Source: Mobula hypostoma (Eukaryota). From it: a DNA stretch of 64,000 nt. Position 1 is the first letter of the stretch; the number at the start of each line of letters is the position of its first letter. This document shows positions 63,281 through 64,000 of this stretch, one piece after another. The stretch is from assembly GCF_963921235.1 (NCBI RefSeq), contig NC_086118.1:23438001-23502000 (forward strand), given 5' to 3'. A program made the translations under genes and the position numbers. The notes under the pieces were generated by a model. That model had not been told where the DNA came from. It did not search any database and saw only the letters and a list, made by a program, of their open reading frames with translations.

Positions 63281-64000
63281 TCCTTCAAGTTGTGATCTTG
63301 CTCCTTGAAACTAAAATCTGAAGTCTAGATTTTTCCTAATTTACCAAACGTGTACGTTCGGTGAGCTACCTCCAGTTCTAAAGTTTCCTTAGCTTTGGTA
63401 GATGTTTCTCTCCATACGCTGTTTCCATCATTGTGCTGTAGCTCTTTCTGAACTAATGTCCAAGTATATGAGATTTCAAATCACAACATGTCTCTAATAT
63501 CATTCTTTTTTTTTCCATGGACTGCCTTGAAGTAGAAAAGGAGTAAGTGTAAGGGACAGTGAAAAGTTAAGAAGTGCATATTTAGTGTATTCTGCTGCTG
63601 TATATCAGAAAGGATGGTGGAATAAGGGGAAGTGTTTATTTTGAGAGAGGACCACTTGTGTTGATACCTCATCTTTAGCACTATCACTAACCACCATGTT
63701 AGCAAGAACTGGCATTGTTTTCCATGGACCTTAGGCATGTAGGTTCTCCTGATCAGTTCCTACTAAACTTGGTTGGTGCCAATTTGACTTGCAAGAGACA
63801 CAAAAGTGCATTATTGATTGTTGTGTTGCGTTGAGGTGATGTGGCTGTTTTACTTGAAAACTTGCAGTGTATGTAATTTGTCAGATGCCTACGGGTGTCT
63901 GTGGGAGGGGAGGTGCTTGCATCTATGATGAGCATGTGAAAGTCTGACAGAGCATGTGATTAATAGTGGGTGATATTAATGGTGGGTGATTGATGGGAAT

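Noticed and set aside
63344..63446. Possible minus-strand exon KELQHNDGNSVWRETSTKAKETLELEVAHRTYTF, phase-compatible with 41206
   Set aside because: The acceptor lacks a polypyrimidine tract, the donor is weak and the peptide is unrecognised; chance-level evidence.
1..64000. CRISPR array, rRNA, operon-type or viral gene cluster
   Set aside because: No regularly spaced repeat-spacer array, no rRNA-like sequence and no dense coding. The short tandem units (GATTCT, TTCTATGG, ACTTTG) are LINE tails.

Overview
This is eukaryotic, AT-rich, repeat-dense DNA, most likely intronic or intergenic sequence from a cartilaginous fish (probably a ray). That assignment is inferred from the repeat repertoire: CR1 LINEs with (TTCTATGG)n/(TTTCTATG)n tails, Rex1/Babar-type LINEs, RTE LINEs, two Penelope-like element (PLE) families, a Gypsy LTR family, Tc1 and Tigger-like DNA elements, and ancient tRNA/Deu-domain SINEs. 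I recognised no host protein-coding gene. The only long intact ORF (7088-9124) is the reverse transcriptase of a 5'-truncated CR1. One candidate terminal coding exon (41058-41206, minus) and two candidate non-coding exons were seen. The most notable structures are: (i) minimal hammerhead ribozyme motifs in two different PLE families, six copies in all; (ii) three PLE insertions with inverted (fold-back) architecture, including a ~0.9 kb palindrome with templated filler at its apex; (iii) a teleost-like Penelope GIY-YIG fragment; (iv) a TSD-flanked 680 bp non-coding retroelement that I could not assign to a family; and (v) several nested insertions that give a relative chronology. No prokaryotic-type system, CRISPR array or rRNA/tRNA gene was found. 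All family names are from recognition of motifs by eye, not database searches, and boundaries of old copies are approximate.
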